In this document: piece by piece, positions 11,500 through 24,311 of the stretch
How positions within the stretch are numbered: position 1 is the stretch's first letter
Layout of the letters: each line of letters opens with the position of its first letter
Assembly (NCBI GenBank): GCA_039545335.1
Contig: BCIN01000003.1
Location: forward strand, 1-64,000
Direction: 5' to 3'
From: Kondoa subrosea
Taxonomy: Eukaryota
Length of the DNA stretch: 64,000 bases
The notes under the pieces: model-generated
Told to the model about the DNA's origin: nothing
What the model saw: the letters and a program-made list of their open reading frames with translations, nothing else
The model's database searches: none
Position numbers and translations under genes: made by a program

Positions 11500-12903
11500 A
11501 TGACACCAGTACTAAATCTAATTCTGCTCGCAACTCTGACAAGCAAAGTGATTGCTTTGCGCTTTGTCGCACCTGGAGAGTAAGATGCTTCCAAACTGTT
11601 CAACGTGTACTGAATGCCAACAGTGGCTTCGAATGGAATGTTACTACTTCATTCTCGGCTTCTTGGACAAGTACAAGCCAAGATCCTACATCTTTGTCAT
11701 TGGCACTTCTCTACTCCGGCGACACACGAATGTGAGGAGATTGCTCGTCTATCATAGCATTCTGACATTCTTCTGCGTAGGTTTCTTCCGATTGGCAAAG
11801 CTGATACCTCAGCACGGTCATTTCAAACGACGCTCGCGCCTGAAGATTTCCTAGGCGGGGGCGACCCCAATACATATACTCTAATGGCCTATTCTGATTC
11901 TCCTTCTTTCCCTTTGGCTGTCGGTTATCCATTTCTAGCCGTGTCCGGCGTTGGTGGTCTGGGCAGATGGTTCAGCTTACCAAGTCCGATCCAGCTTCAG
12001 CAACCCAGCAGTACAGCGGCTGTTTTATCTACGACTTCCCTTCAGACGTATCAACAGCCGCAAAAATCGGCACGGCCTACTATGATGACCTCTTCTATTC
12101 AGAAATCGAACATCGCCCTTGTTGCGTCTTCAAGCGCGCCAATCATGGCGATGCTACCTTCTTCTTCAAGTCGATCATTGTCATTCTTGTCAGAGGTTTC
12201 TCCACAAATACCAAGATCGGTCTTTCTTACCTGTAAGTATGCTGCTGCTTCCAGACGATGAGTTTGATACCATTTCTTAGCGGCGAGATTGGTGTCCAAT
12301 CTGTCAACGTCAATCAATCCCACTTCTTCGGCAATAAGCAGCAATTCCATACCAAACAGAGATTCAAAACCGAATTCGGGGCTCATTATTGGCATTTCGC
12401 TTGCTAGCATCTCTTTCTTTCTCCTTGCAGTCTTTCTCTTGCTCCGCTGCTGCAGAAAACAGGCCGGGTCATCCAATACTTCACTTGGGATCGATGGACA
12501 GTCTGATCGAAAATCACTCGATTCAGTCGCCTCGTTCCCAATTGAGAAGAATGAAGTAAAAGCCGCAGTTTTGGAACCAAATTCTCCGAGTATCTCATGT
12601 ACATCTCACCTTTCGGCTCCCTCCCGCGCAAATTGGACAGGAACAGGTTGCAGCACCGATCCAGCTCGTCTTACAGTCATCGATAATCAAAGCAATTCGC
12701 AATGGCAAGGCGCATCTGTAATATCTACTTCGTCGCGGACCTTTCTATTGCACAAAGATCTGCCTCATCGAATCACAAGCATTCATCTCACTGAAATGTT
12801 TTCTGGCCTGGAAGATTCCGTAGCGCCCAATGATAGCGCTAGTCAGATCGGACACCAGCAGACAGGGTCAAAAGGAGAAGTCAAAATCCCAAGGCCGATT
12901 TGA
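11500..12903 (+). CDS. Type I cell-surface protein: signal peptide, possible Kre9/Knh1-like N-domain, Ser/Thr stalk, single TM (Mid2-like layout)
   Basis: Signal peptide MTPVLNLILLATLTSKVIA, then FEWNVTTSFSASWTSTSQDPTSLSLALL, an S/T-rich region, and TM GLIIGISLASISFFLLAVFLLL followed by RCCRK. Confidence 0.7.
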
Positions 12904-12965
12904 ACCTTCAACGGCGGATTATACACATATAGGAATGGACGGTGCTCAATACATGTACAGAGTAT

Positions 12966-14281
12966 TTACGACCGGAATGCAGCAGCTATAGCCGTTACGA
13001 CCATACCAGCGGTGAAACATATAACTCCAGTAACTATCCGTTCCATCTTCCGCTCTTCTGGTTCAGAGGTGTGAAGCACTTCAACATGTGTTGCCGAATC
13101 AGGGTTACCAGAATCGTCATCCACAGAGATCAAGGTTGCTGTAGAGCGATGTTGTTCTCCTTCCACAGGCAGTTCCTCTTCCTTAAGGCTTAGCGTCGAG
13201 CTCGACTGTTCTGTGGAGGGATTCGAACGAGCTCGTTCGATACTCGAAAGCTGTTGCAAGATTGTATTGAGCAATGTATCGGATTGATTAGTCGTTGCCT
13301 CGTGCCGCTCATGCATTCTGCGCAAAGTTTAGCATAGGAAGGGAACATCATTCACCGGACCTACTTTGCCTCGATCTTCTCAACCAGCTTTCTTCTTCTC
13401 CATGGCTCGACCACAATCAGTGCAAGCAGAAAGACAAGAACGTTGATACCAGTGATGCCGATAGTCCCGTAAGTGGAAAGCGAGCGAATCTGAACGAACG
13501 ATCAGACCGAACTTGCAGCGCGTCTTTACCACACACTTTGTCTGACCAGACCTGTTCTTCATGATATCGAGCGAGAATACCACGTAGCCTGTTCTTCTGA
13601 TGAGGACAGGCAACAGGTGAAGTTGAAGGGAGAAAGCCTACAGTTCCGAAAAACCTCGATCAACATCCTCTTCTGCTCTGTCTAGAGCCAGCTTTGTGTC
13701 TCTCTGGTTCTGTTCGTTCATATGATCTTGTTTGACCAATTCCGTGAAGCGAGAGACGTCAGCTGAAGTCCACGAGTTCTTGCGCGAAAGAAGATCATTG
13801 CTTTCTCGCTATGAACAAAGTGAGGAGAAAGACGCAACAGAAGATATTGCACGCACCTGAGACGCAGCTCGGGCTTCTACGGCAGCCGTATGTTCTTCCT
13901 TCGCCTTTGCAGATTTGGCTCGAGCCAACATGACCAGTTTCTCTGCGAAGGACGCCAGAAACATGTTACGGAAAGTGACTAACGGACGAGAGTATATCGT
14001 TTACCATTTGCTTCTACCCTCGCTTTGAGCTCTTCGATTCGCTCATACCCAGATAACTTTGAGATTTCCAGATTCAGGTTAGAAAAGCGAGATTGCAAGC
14101 GAGATTTGTGAGCTGCGGCTTTAGTAGTAGCTTTAGTAGCAGTCTCTTTCCAATAGGTCTTCAAAGAAGTTTCGACCTCTTCGAGTTGAGGATTCTTCCA
14201 GCTTGAAGCATAACCTCGCTTTTGTGAGGGTCCCTGGCTACGAGCTAGTCTTCTCAAGACTGCAGTACAGCCTGCCTTCAT
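12966..14281 (-). CDS. SHE9: Mitochondrial inner-membrane protein She9/Mdm33
   Basis: LSGYERIEELKARVE, NDLLSRKNSWTSADVSRFTELVKQDH and RYHEEQVWSDK motifs; coiled coils plus two TM helices. Confidence 0.9.
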
Positions 14282-14417
14282 GCATCACACCTGACTTTCC
14301 ACGTAAGTTCGAAGAGAAAAGCATTCAAGCTCGGTTGCTTCCAAACCGTTCAAGTGGAAATCTGCTGGCCTAGCTACTTAATAGACAGACCAAGGCTCTG
14401 CTGCTGAGCGGCCCATT

Positions 14418-17400
14418 ATGATGGAGGCAGACACTCCCTTAATTGTGCGAGATCCTCGAAATCCCTTGAAACAGAGTGGAAGCTCTCAACCGGACTCTGC
14501 TACCTCAAGTCCGCCTGGTTTACCTAAGAAGCGACCCTCTGTTCGTAAAACTGACTCTGAAGAGCGACCAAAGAAGAAATCCCGCAATAATGGTTACTCT
14601 AAGGACAATTCTGCGGCCAATAGCGAGGCAGAAGCATCCGATAGCAATGCCGAGATCAATCAGGACGCAATGTATGGCTTTGATTCGAGCGAATTCAATC
14701 TCGAGGTAAGTTGGCCATTACTTGCAGCACAATCTTCCGTTCAGCTGACAGTCCCCCATCTCAAGACATTTCAGAAGGTAAGCTGACCTTGACAACTTGT
14801 GTCTTATTCGGAAATCACTCATCCCAATTTCAGGAAGCTATATATCGTCAAATGCGCGAATACAAACGTGAATATGACCGCATTTCAGCACATTCAGCTC
14901 AATTACAACATCAGCTGTCGTCTCTACATGCAAATTCTGGAGCAATAGAAGCTGCTTGGATTGCCCTCATTCAATTGCTGCGGTCGTTCTTGCCTGAAGA
15001 ACTGCTAGCGTCCTTGACAGCAACACGCGAATCCATCGACTTCCCAGATTTGGAACAAATACCTGAGCTGACTGCTTACACTCAAGCCCTATCCGACCAG
15101 TCTTCAACCACACATGCTCTTTTCACAGCTTTACTATCTTCTTCCGCATTGTCACCTGATCTTCAAGCCTTACGTTCAGAGTGTACACGATTAGCATTGG
15201 AAGCTTCTGCACACAAGAAAGCTTTGTCGTTGATACACACCCAACTAGAAGAAGCGCAGCAAAAGCTAGAGCAAACGCATCGTGCATTGTTACTGGCAGA
15301 AAAGAAAGCAGATAGGGCTACCAGCAAAACTGTAGCCAAAGTAGAGGGCCGACCAATGACCAATGGTATTGTGAAACATGATGAAGAACAACTGGAGCAG
15401 CAAGTAAAGGTTTGTTTGCTATGCCAATCAGATATACATCTCTTACGGTTGACCTGTGCAGCAAGAAGATCCTTCTCTTGTAGCCTCTACTTCTGCTCTA
15501 CCCGTTCAATCACAAAGTCAAGCAGTCTCGGACGATTACGATCATGTTTCTCGAGTAGCCAAGAAGCGCTTGGAGGAAATTGACGAACTGAGGTCGGAGC
15601 GCACTAGACTCAATTGGGAAATAGACGACCTCAAAATCAAGGTTAGTGGCCTGGATACCCCTGTAATATTGGCTAGATGCTGATTGATGTGCTCGACAGC
15701 TTGCAAGCATTCCTGCAGAAGTCATTATTGAATCCGAAGCCTACAAATCACTCAAACTCGAAAGGGAAGGTCTAGAATTGGATGCAGATTCAGCTATATT
15801 GGAACTTGAAAGTCTTCAGAAAGAGCTAGATGAACTGAGGGAAATGCAAGCCGAATGGAAAGAGTCGATTCTTGTTGGTCGTCCTTCGTCGATCTCGGGG
15901 GATCCGCTGATTGATGCGAGGCAATGTGTAGAAAGATACCAATCTTCAAGCAGAAGACCTCAAAGGGAAAGTAGCTGCTCGTGACACTGATTTGAATCGC
16001 ATTCGTTTGCAACGAGAAGAGCTCAGAGGCGAAAATGCTGAACTAAAAGCCCGAGAGATGGAGAAACTCAAGCAGGTAGATCAAATACGCATTCTGTCCA
16101 ACTCGAAGGAAGATCGCTTGACAGCCTTCAAATCAGAAATCCGTCGACTGCGAATGAAGATTGCTGCAGATAAAGGCGATGCTGATCGGGTCATGCTTGA
16201 GGCGGATGCTGATGACGACCTTAAGATCAATAACTTGGCTGAACAGCTCAGGTCAGCCATACATCGTATTTGCATTGAATGTGCTGAATTCGTATGCAGA
16301 TCTGCAACTGATCTGACACTGGCGCTCCGCGATCAACTCAAGTCGTACTCGACCAATAGTGGCAAAGCAGATGCACAGAATATTATCAAGAGCGAAACAG
16401 CAGCGAGACTAGAACTAGCGTCTGTCAAGAAGAAACTGGCTAGGCTTGAAAGTTTGTTTGGTGATGGTGGGACCTCAGAAATGGCCAGCAGGCTTGTCGA
16501 GCGAGAGAGTCGGATCAAAATTCTGGAAGCGAATGCCACAGCGCAAGAGATGGTAAGTCTGTTAAGGTCAAGTATATTGCGATCTGCTGACCTTTCGTAT
16601 TCGCAGGCTTCAAACATGCTAATCAATGAGGTTGAGCGCTTATCTTCTGCTTGGCAAATGCTTGACGAGCAGAATCGCGACAAAGTGATGAATCTTGTAC
16701 AATACGAAGAAAAGCTCACCAGGCTGGTCACCGAGGTATGCCCGACACATTTTGCCGTTCATCTCTGATGCTCGTATACAGAAATCCAAAGCCGACAACA
16801 AATACTTCAGCGCAATGCGAGCCAAAGAAGCTCTCCTCGGGGAAAACCAAGTTTTGCAGAAATCAGCAGAGAGGCAGACGAAGGCCATAGAGAGTCTGAA
16901 CGAAGCCAAAGTGGCTCTTACTGAGCAGATCGTAAGCAAGATCTGCCTCCTGTTGTCGTTCTCAAGCTCAAATCTGCTGCTAGACCGCGATTGAGAAAGA
17001 AATTACCTTGCATCAACAAGCTTCGACTGTATTGAACAAGGAATTGCATGCAGTCTCATTGGAGCGAGATCAAGTAGCGCTGAAGCTCGCGAATGAAAGC
17101 AAAAGGTGCACCGAAGTCAGTCTTGTGTTGTGCATGTTCTGTTTGCAGCCCTGAATTGCCTTTCAGGCTCAAGCATTGCTGCGCGATCGCACAAGTCAAG
17201 CGGAGACATCTGCCTCTGCTCAAGTGAGGCTTCAAGAACAGGTCGACAGGCTGGAAAAGCAAGTGGAAAAGCAGACAGCGGCACTGGAAGCGCAAGCCGC
17301 ACTTTCAGCTAAGGACACCTCAAACGCAAAAGTTCAAGAACTTGAGAAGTTCAACAGCGATCTTTCCGTGAGTGCTACTGGCAGTTATGGCAATTTATCG

Positions 17401-17691
17401 CTTACGTGTATGGCAGAAAATGTTGAAATGTACGAGCTGTCAATTGCGCTTCAAAAGCCATGTCATCACACGATGCTATCATTTATGTGAGCAACTTTAG
17501 TCTGATCTTGCAAGAGGGAACTTACTGTTTGCCTAGTATGCCACGAGTGCATTGAAGCGAGATTGACTAATCGTCAGAGAGTTCGTCACTAAGCTTGTCA
17601 CATGTAAGCATATACTAATAAGGACTCTTAGAAATGCCCTACTTGCAGCATGCCCTTTGGTCAAGCGGATGTCAGCCAAGTCTATTTCTAG
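14418..17691 (+). CDS. BRE1: Histone H2B E3 ubiquitin ligase Bre1
   Basis: LE|TFQK|EAIYRQMREYKR, long coiled coils, KSKADNKYFSAMRAKE, and a C-terminal RING split over several exons (MLKCTSC..CYH..CHECIEARLTNRQR.CPTC). Confidence 0.93.
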
Positions 17692-17901
17692 TTCCTTGTC
17701 TTAGGTTGTGTTCATTACTTCTTGGGAGCATAGTCGTCTTGCTGTGAATGTATATATTGCATGCTGTGCTTGCTTCTTCACCTTATCTAAGTACAGATAT
17801 TTCTCCCGTCGCATCTCTGTTTAGCTCCAGCGACCAAGTTGAGCTCAAGTAGAAACCCTGTGTCTGTATATACCAGGCCTCTGTAGGTACTAGAAGATAC
17901 C

Positions 17902-20117
17902 ATGAGCAAAGCTGTAGTCTGCTCAGCTGCAACATCGTTCAAAAAACAAGCTGGCATACTTACACTATACAAGACCCGTCGGCTTACTTGGGTGCCTGCA
18001 GGCCAGCATGGGCCAGCGGATGAGCTCATCATTGAAGGCACCAGCATCAGCTCACTGTTCTCGTCTAAAGAAGGCTCAGCCAAAGTGATTCTGCGTGTTG
18101 GTGTGCGATTCCAAGGATCAGACGCTGAGCAGAACCTGAATTTCACGTGAGGCTTGATCAGTAGCGATTCTCTCAATCTCTGTGTTCATATTGTATTTTG
18201 TTTGCTTTCCTGCTTTGCAGTTTCACGTCTGCATCTTCTGCTATATCTGATCGAGAACACTTCAAGAGCGGTCTATCTGATGTCATAGCGCACAATAAAA
18301 GCAATGCAGCTCCCAATGGCGATGCCGCTTCTGCTTCAGCAAGTCCCGCTCCGCCTGGAATGAGCGAAAAGGCCAAGGGCAAACGTCGAGCGATTTCGCC
18401 TCCAGCTGCGGATGATGCCACTTCTAATCTTGGACTAAGAATACGATTACTCAAACGGAATCCAGACCTAAAAGCTTTGCATGCAGAACTGGTGTTGACT
18501 AATCAGATCACAGAAGAGGAATTTTGGGATGGTAGGGAGTACATGTTGCAAGCTCAACAGCAAGAGGAGTCTCAAAAACAAGGTCGGACTGGGCAAATGG
18601 CAGATCCTAAGCCTCAAACAGGCGATGCTGGAGAAGTCAAGATTACAGTTACACCTCAGCTCATTGCCGATATCTTTGCACAGTATCCCGTAGTACAAAA
18701 AGCCTATAATGAGAATTGTCCTCCTGTATGTGTGTATGCATTGCCCATTGTCTGGCTGCTCATTATGCGGTTCCAGCTGACAGAAGGCGAGTTCTGGAAA
18801 CGCTATTTTCAATCGAAACTGTTCAACCGCAACAGAGCTAGCTCGCGACAAGCAAATGATGCGATCAAAGACGATGCGATCTTTGACAAGTATTTGATAG
18901 AAGAAGAAGAAGGTGCGAAATGTCTGAGTGAACTCTTCTGGGACATTAATTTAACAATGTAGATCTTGAGCCAAGCAATCTCGAAGTCGAACATATATCT
19001 AGACTGCTCGACTTGGCATCTACTCAAGAAGATCATGCAGAGGTATGTTTTTGTCTTCATATTCTGAATGAAACAACTAATGCATTAAGGTCAGACAGGA
19101 AATCAACAAGACATCACCATGCGAGCAGGCGGGAAGCGATCCGCTCTTCCTCTTATGCGTCGATTCAATCAGCATTCAGAGCGCGTGCTCAATACTTCGC
19201 TGTACGTCTATAGGGCAAAGTACAGTGATCGTGAACTCAATCTAGAGTTGTAGCGGAGGCGCTTCAGGCCGTGGATCATTCGCAGGTGATGCTGGTGTGA
19301 GTGATTTCGCTGCTTAGACTTCTGTGTGCTAAATCTTGCGTCAGGCACGAAATTATGAGGCCGATATCATTCTCGAAGATCTCCAAGTTGAAAAGGCAAG
19401 GAGAAGAATCGTTCTAGACATGCAAGATCAACAAAGATACTTCGAAGGAAGAGATAGTAATGGCACTAACGCTCACATGGATTCAGATGTGAGTGGCGCG
19501 CGCATCTGCAACGGAGGCTCTTTGACAGGATTGTGAAGGCAATGAGAATCCTGGAACAAAAGACTAGAGACTCCATGATCGGCTGGCATCATGACCTTGC
19601 AAACGTGAGTGGATTGTTGTTGATTTGCCTACTAGCTGGAAAGGTGATTTCTGTAGTTCCATCTTGACGCCAAGATTGCAGAGCAAGCCACTAATGATGT
19701 ATTGGCAAACATCAAAGCTCGTCATTCTTCGAAAGCTGAGAAAGCTCATGCTATTCCTGAAGATCTGCTTCGCCAAATGACTTCTTGTCAAACATCGGCA
19801 AACGAGTTTCTTCGACATTTTTGGGGCGCTGTACTACCCCCTAGGCAAAATGATTACAGTGCTTCAGCAAAAGCGAGTCCTGCACAAAAAGCGGCAAAAG
19901 CGCAAAAGATGATTGGATATCTACAAAAGACCCAAGAACGGGTCAACTTGGTACTGAAGGAGGCTAAGAAAGAGAAACAAGACGTTGAGCGTGTCCGATA
20001 TGTAAGTCTTTCACTGTGAGCTATGTCTGAGGCTGAGACATCTCTTTTCAGGCGCTGCAACCAACGCTCGATGCTGTGCAACATGCTACGCTTTTCTTCC
20101 AAGATCGTACATCGTAG
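17902..20117 (+). CDS. TFB1: TFIIH subunit Tfb1/p62
   Basis: N-terminal PH-like domain (FKKQAGILTL) and two BSD domains (LHAELVLTNQITEEEFWDGR; IFAQYPVVQKAY..EGEFWKRYFQSKLF), plus EFLRHFW. Confidence 0.92.
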
Positions 20118-20235
20118 TTTATGTACGAGGCAATGATACAAACACAAGCGCGTAATGTGCACCCAAGTATTTTTGATTTGACTTTCTTCCTAAACTTTGA
20201 GCTTTCTTTCTTTCTTTCTCTCTTTGCTTCTCCGG

Positions 20236-21220
20236 ATGGGTGTCATCGATGTTCTTATCGCAGCTTATTCATTCAGTGCAACGACTATCATGTTTGTACT
20301 CGAAGCGATCCGTATCTATCAGTAAGGGGCGATTCAGCGAAACATCACAACTCGCTGATTTTCTCTAAGGGAAACGGAAAGACTGCAGATACGTAATGCC
20401 GCCTACGTGAAGGGGCAACTGGCTAGCTATGATGCGTGAGCCTTCCAATCCATTGCCGTCAACTTCTCAGTGAATAACGGTTTTATAAAGCCAATTTTAC
20501 TCTTCGCTTTATATGTGAGTTGTTGTCCGACAAGCACAACTGATTTGCTTCTGATCTCTGTCAAAAGTCCCTCGACAGACGTGCCGCTTCATCCGGCGGC
20601 GGTTGGTCTCACACCCCTCTTTCGTATACTTACCTGTGAGCCATGTCTGTTATTGAGCTGACCGAGCCGAAGACTTACGCTATCAATATAGGTGTCATCC
20701 TGTTCCTCATCATGGCAGATCAATTACCTGGCCAGCGATTCTCGACTGAGTATCTTGGCAATCGGATCTTGCTCTTTTCGAAAGATGTATCGATGTTTGT
20801 CATCTTAATTGGTCATCTTGTGGCCGCTGATTCTTGTCAACAGCTGGTATACAGCTTTGTTGCAAGTTTACATAGCGCTCGGTGTTCTAGGCACCTTAAT
20901 TGTCTTTCCTGTCGGTCCAGGTTGGTGTCTCACACAAAGTTCACGGTTCACAGCAGTCTCATACAAATTCGCAGACTTAGGACTAAACGATAATACCGTG
21001 CTCTGGACGCGCTATGGTAAGTCATCGTGATACTTTTGTCTGATTGTTCTTATTCTTGTAAGTAGTCGGAGCATGGCTCCTACTGATAGCAGGCGTCGTA
21101 AATATCGTTGCTGGTCTCATCTTAGGTCCAGCGATACGTATTGCTGTAAGTAGCGATATAATTCTGCTGAAACCGGATTATACTGAAATGGTCTCATAGC
21201 GATACCAAGCAGAAGACTAG
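20236..21220 (+). CDS. Uncharacterised multi-pass (about 4-TM) membrane protein, tandem paralog A
   Basis: Hand-spliced: MGVIDVLIAAYSFSATTIMFVLEAIRIYQ|ETERLQIRNAAYVKGQLASYDA|...PSTDVPLHPAA...LLFSKD...DNTVLWTRY|VGAWLLLIAGVVNI. Colinear with the next gene. Confidence 0.75.
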
Positions 21221-21425
21221 GGGCAGTAGCCTTTATAGCGATCCGATCTTTGCCGCAATCAGTATCCGCCTACAAAATAAAGACATCGCCTCGTACATCG
21301 AGGCTGTTCTTTGGTAGGCCGTTCCAAGTTCGATTACACGACAGCCTACACCGTTCGCTGCGGCCATGCAAGGGAGAACAAAACCTCAACAGCTCTTCTC
21401 TTTCCTCTTCTATCATCCTACTAAG

Positions 21426-22415
21426 ATGTCTTCTCCTGGTATTGTCACTTCGGCTTTTTTCACTTGCGGCTGCACTTTGTTGGCATGCGCTATGGAAATG
21501 GTTCGCATTTACCAAGAGATTACTCGTGCGCGAGATGGTTATCAAGCCTATGTCGGGCAAGATCTACCAGCATATGACGCGTAAGCAACAAGAGACTTTC
21601 AGATCCTCCAAAGCTGACTTTTCACAAAGGGCATACGAATCCTTATACTTCTATCCCGGTACCGACATACCTCTTCAGGTAAGTGTTCTTGAAGTATACG
21701 AGTAATCAGGCTAACTCCAATACGCTGTAACAGCCTGCTGCGATTGCTACTCTGCCAATGTTACGAATTATCACAGCTCTGGTATTGCTCATCATCGGTC
21801 TTTCTGAATTTCCAGCGACCAGCTTCGTGGTCGATACTTTAGGGCCATACATTCTCGTCTTCTCAAAAGGTCAGTACTATCTCAGTTGCGTTAAGTTAGG
21901 CCTCATTTCCTGCATAGACGTCAGTCTTTGGTACATTGGATGCATTCAGACTTACTTGGGCCTCACTCTCGTCGCTACCTTGACGCTCTTTCCAAAAGGC
22001 AGTCCTCTCGGTCTGGATGACAACACTGTCACTTGGACACGATATGTAGCGGGATGGCTACTCGTTGCTGCTGGTCTCATAAACATCGGTGTAGGCTGTA
22101 AGTCTCTCCTCAATTCCCTCTGGCATGACTTAATTAGCAACGACACAGTCCTTTATGGTCCAGCGGCTCGTGTATATCGCGGACAGGCAGATGAACCATC
22201 GTCAGCTCCACCTGCTGCAGCCAGCACCATAACAAGTCGAATAAAGTACTCTTGGCCTGCGCTCAGAGCTACTATCGGAACCATGGTTGGGGCAAATGTC
22301 AATCTAGGTGAGTTTGGGCAATATAGAGTTAGCCGAAAGATACTAACCTGTTGACCCAGGTGCATATTCATCTGCAATGGCCGAAATGGATGCTGCTGTA
22401 GCAGCCTTGGCATGA
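21426..22415 (+). CDS. Uncharacterised multi-pass (about 4-TM) membrane protein, tandem paralog B
   Basis: MSSPGIVTSAFF..EMVRIYQEITRARDGYQAYVGQDLPAYDA|...PGTDIPLQ|PAA...LVFSKD...DNTVTWTRYVAGWLLVAAGLINI. Confidence 0.78.
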
Positions 22416-22636
22416 GTTGGATGGATGAAGTATTGGCGCTGAAGGGGTATCGGATACGAGACACTTGGGAAGAAAAGTGGACCTTCCTGGAAACATCAGG
22501 ATTTGGCTGTGGATAGTCATAAGCATTGTAAACTGTGCAGGAAAACAAGAAACGCGATTAAACGCGTGTATAGCCTTTCAAATTTAAAGATTTTGCTCTG
22601 CGCACACCTTGACTTTCGACAATACATACGAAGGTT

Positions 22637-24122
22637 ATGGCCGCGCAAACAGCTTTGCTTGCCTCGAAGCACTCAGATCTAATTACTTCTATCGCTTTCG
22701 GATCTTCTGCAACGCAACTGGCTACAGCTTCGTTGGATCATACTATCAATATTTACACGAAGGATGCTGGAAGCTCGAAAGGCGAATGGAAGCAGTCAGA
22801 TACACTCAAATTGGATGCTCCTGTACTTAGGTCAGTCGTAGTGAGAGACAATACAGATCACAAGCTGACATGTTCTGCGCAAGAGCGGTGTTTGGTGAAG
22901 CCGAATGGGACTATCTATTGGCTGCTGGCACGACTAATGGGACAGCACATATCTACTCTCAAAACGCAAAGGGAAAATGGGCGTTGAGAACTTCCTTGGT
23001 TGACGCTCGCGGAAGCCTGCGTGATCTGGCTTTCGCACCCTCAGACTTTGGCTTGCGGCTGGCAACAATCTCAGCAGATAGTGGTCTTAGACTCTACGAC
23101 TGTCCCTCTCCAACAGACAACTTCAGTCAAGCCAGTTCTGGCAACACGTCCTTGACAGGCTCTTCAATTTCTGCAACAGCGACAGCAGGAATAGCTTCTT
23201 GGCATCTTCTAGACTACATCGATCTTTCCTCTCTCCCTCTTTCGTCGACAAGCTCATCAAATTACTCTTCTTCTGCCTTCTCATCTATTGGTCGAGAGTC
23301 AGGAAATGCAACTGCTTCTCGTATATCTTTGGGCGCTACCGCATCGGGAGTCTCTCTCACTGGTTCTTCTACATCACAGCAACCTCCATCTTCCAGTTCG
23401 AATGGTAAACAACCTTTCAACACACTGGAAGCAAATGGAGGTTGGGCACTATCCTGGTGTAAAGAAGTATTCTTCGGCGAAGTTATAGCAGTAGCTGCAG
23501 GTGCAGTAGGAGCGATCAGAGTCAGTGAAGCTACGTGCTGTCATACCGCTGATTTACAGATGACGACAGATTTTCCATTTTTCTCATCCGTCACATTGGA
23601 CACAGCCTCTAGTCCTCCTGCCCTCCTCAGCTTCAAATAGTCCAAGAGTTACAACATCAAATGCTCAACAATCTTCCTCTTCTTCCACTGCTGCACCAAT
23701 CACTTCGATAGACTGGGCAGCAAGTTCAGGTCGAAGTTATCAACTTATCGCATCAGGTTCGAGGGACGGCATGGTCAGGATATGGCAAGTCTGGCCACCA
23801 GCTCTCACTCTTTCGCAACAAGGTAACCTTCGTCCTTCAAGTCAAGAAGAGGATTCGAATTGGAAAGCGGTTTGTGCTGCGGAGTTGGATGCGCATGTAT
23901 CTAGTGGAGGAGTAGGAAGAGTGCAATTCAACATTACTGGAACAGTATTGTCCACTGCCGGGGATGATGGTCGAGTCCGACTATGGAAGCCTACTTTCCA
24001 AGGTAAGCCGACATTGTAGTATGCATCTAGCACGCTCACTGTTCGATACAGGGGAATGGAGAGAAGTTGCTCAACTCAGTGTAGAAGTAGAGCCGGAAGG
24101 AGATGAGGAAATGGAGGAGTGA
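22637..24122 (+). CDS. SEH1: WD40 nucleoporin / SEACAT-GATOR2 subunit Seh1 (Sec13/Seh1 family)
   Basis: HSDLITSIAF..LATASLDHTINI, LVDARGSLRDLAFAPSDFGLRLAT, WAASSGRSYQLIASGSRDG and VQFNITGTVLSTAGDDGRVRLWK. Confidence 0.85.
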
Positions 24123-24311
24123 TAGTAGGCTCCAAATCTAGCTTTGAGAACAATAGCAAGAAGCCATGTTAAGCACAAGCACGATTGCCAATGCATGCTG
24201 TCTTCAATTCCTTTCCAAACGCTCTTGGCGAGGAATTACGTGAGCGATTCTATGCAATAAATACTCTATTTGATATATACAAAGGCAAGTAACCCTAGAA
24301 CGACAACAATA

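Noticed and set aside
10032..12903. Mating-type HD1/HD2 locus
   Set aside because: The homeobox sits at the extreme N-terminus with no dimerisation region, the divergent neighbour is a surface protein rather than HD1, and I saw no pheromone or STE3 gene.
22550..22567. MCB-like ACGCGA/ACGCGT pair upstream of SEH1
   Set aside because: Short motifs with no independent support for cell-cycle regulation of this gene.
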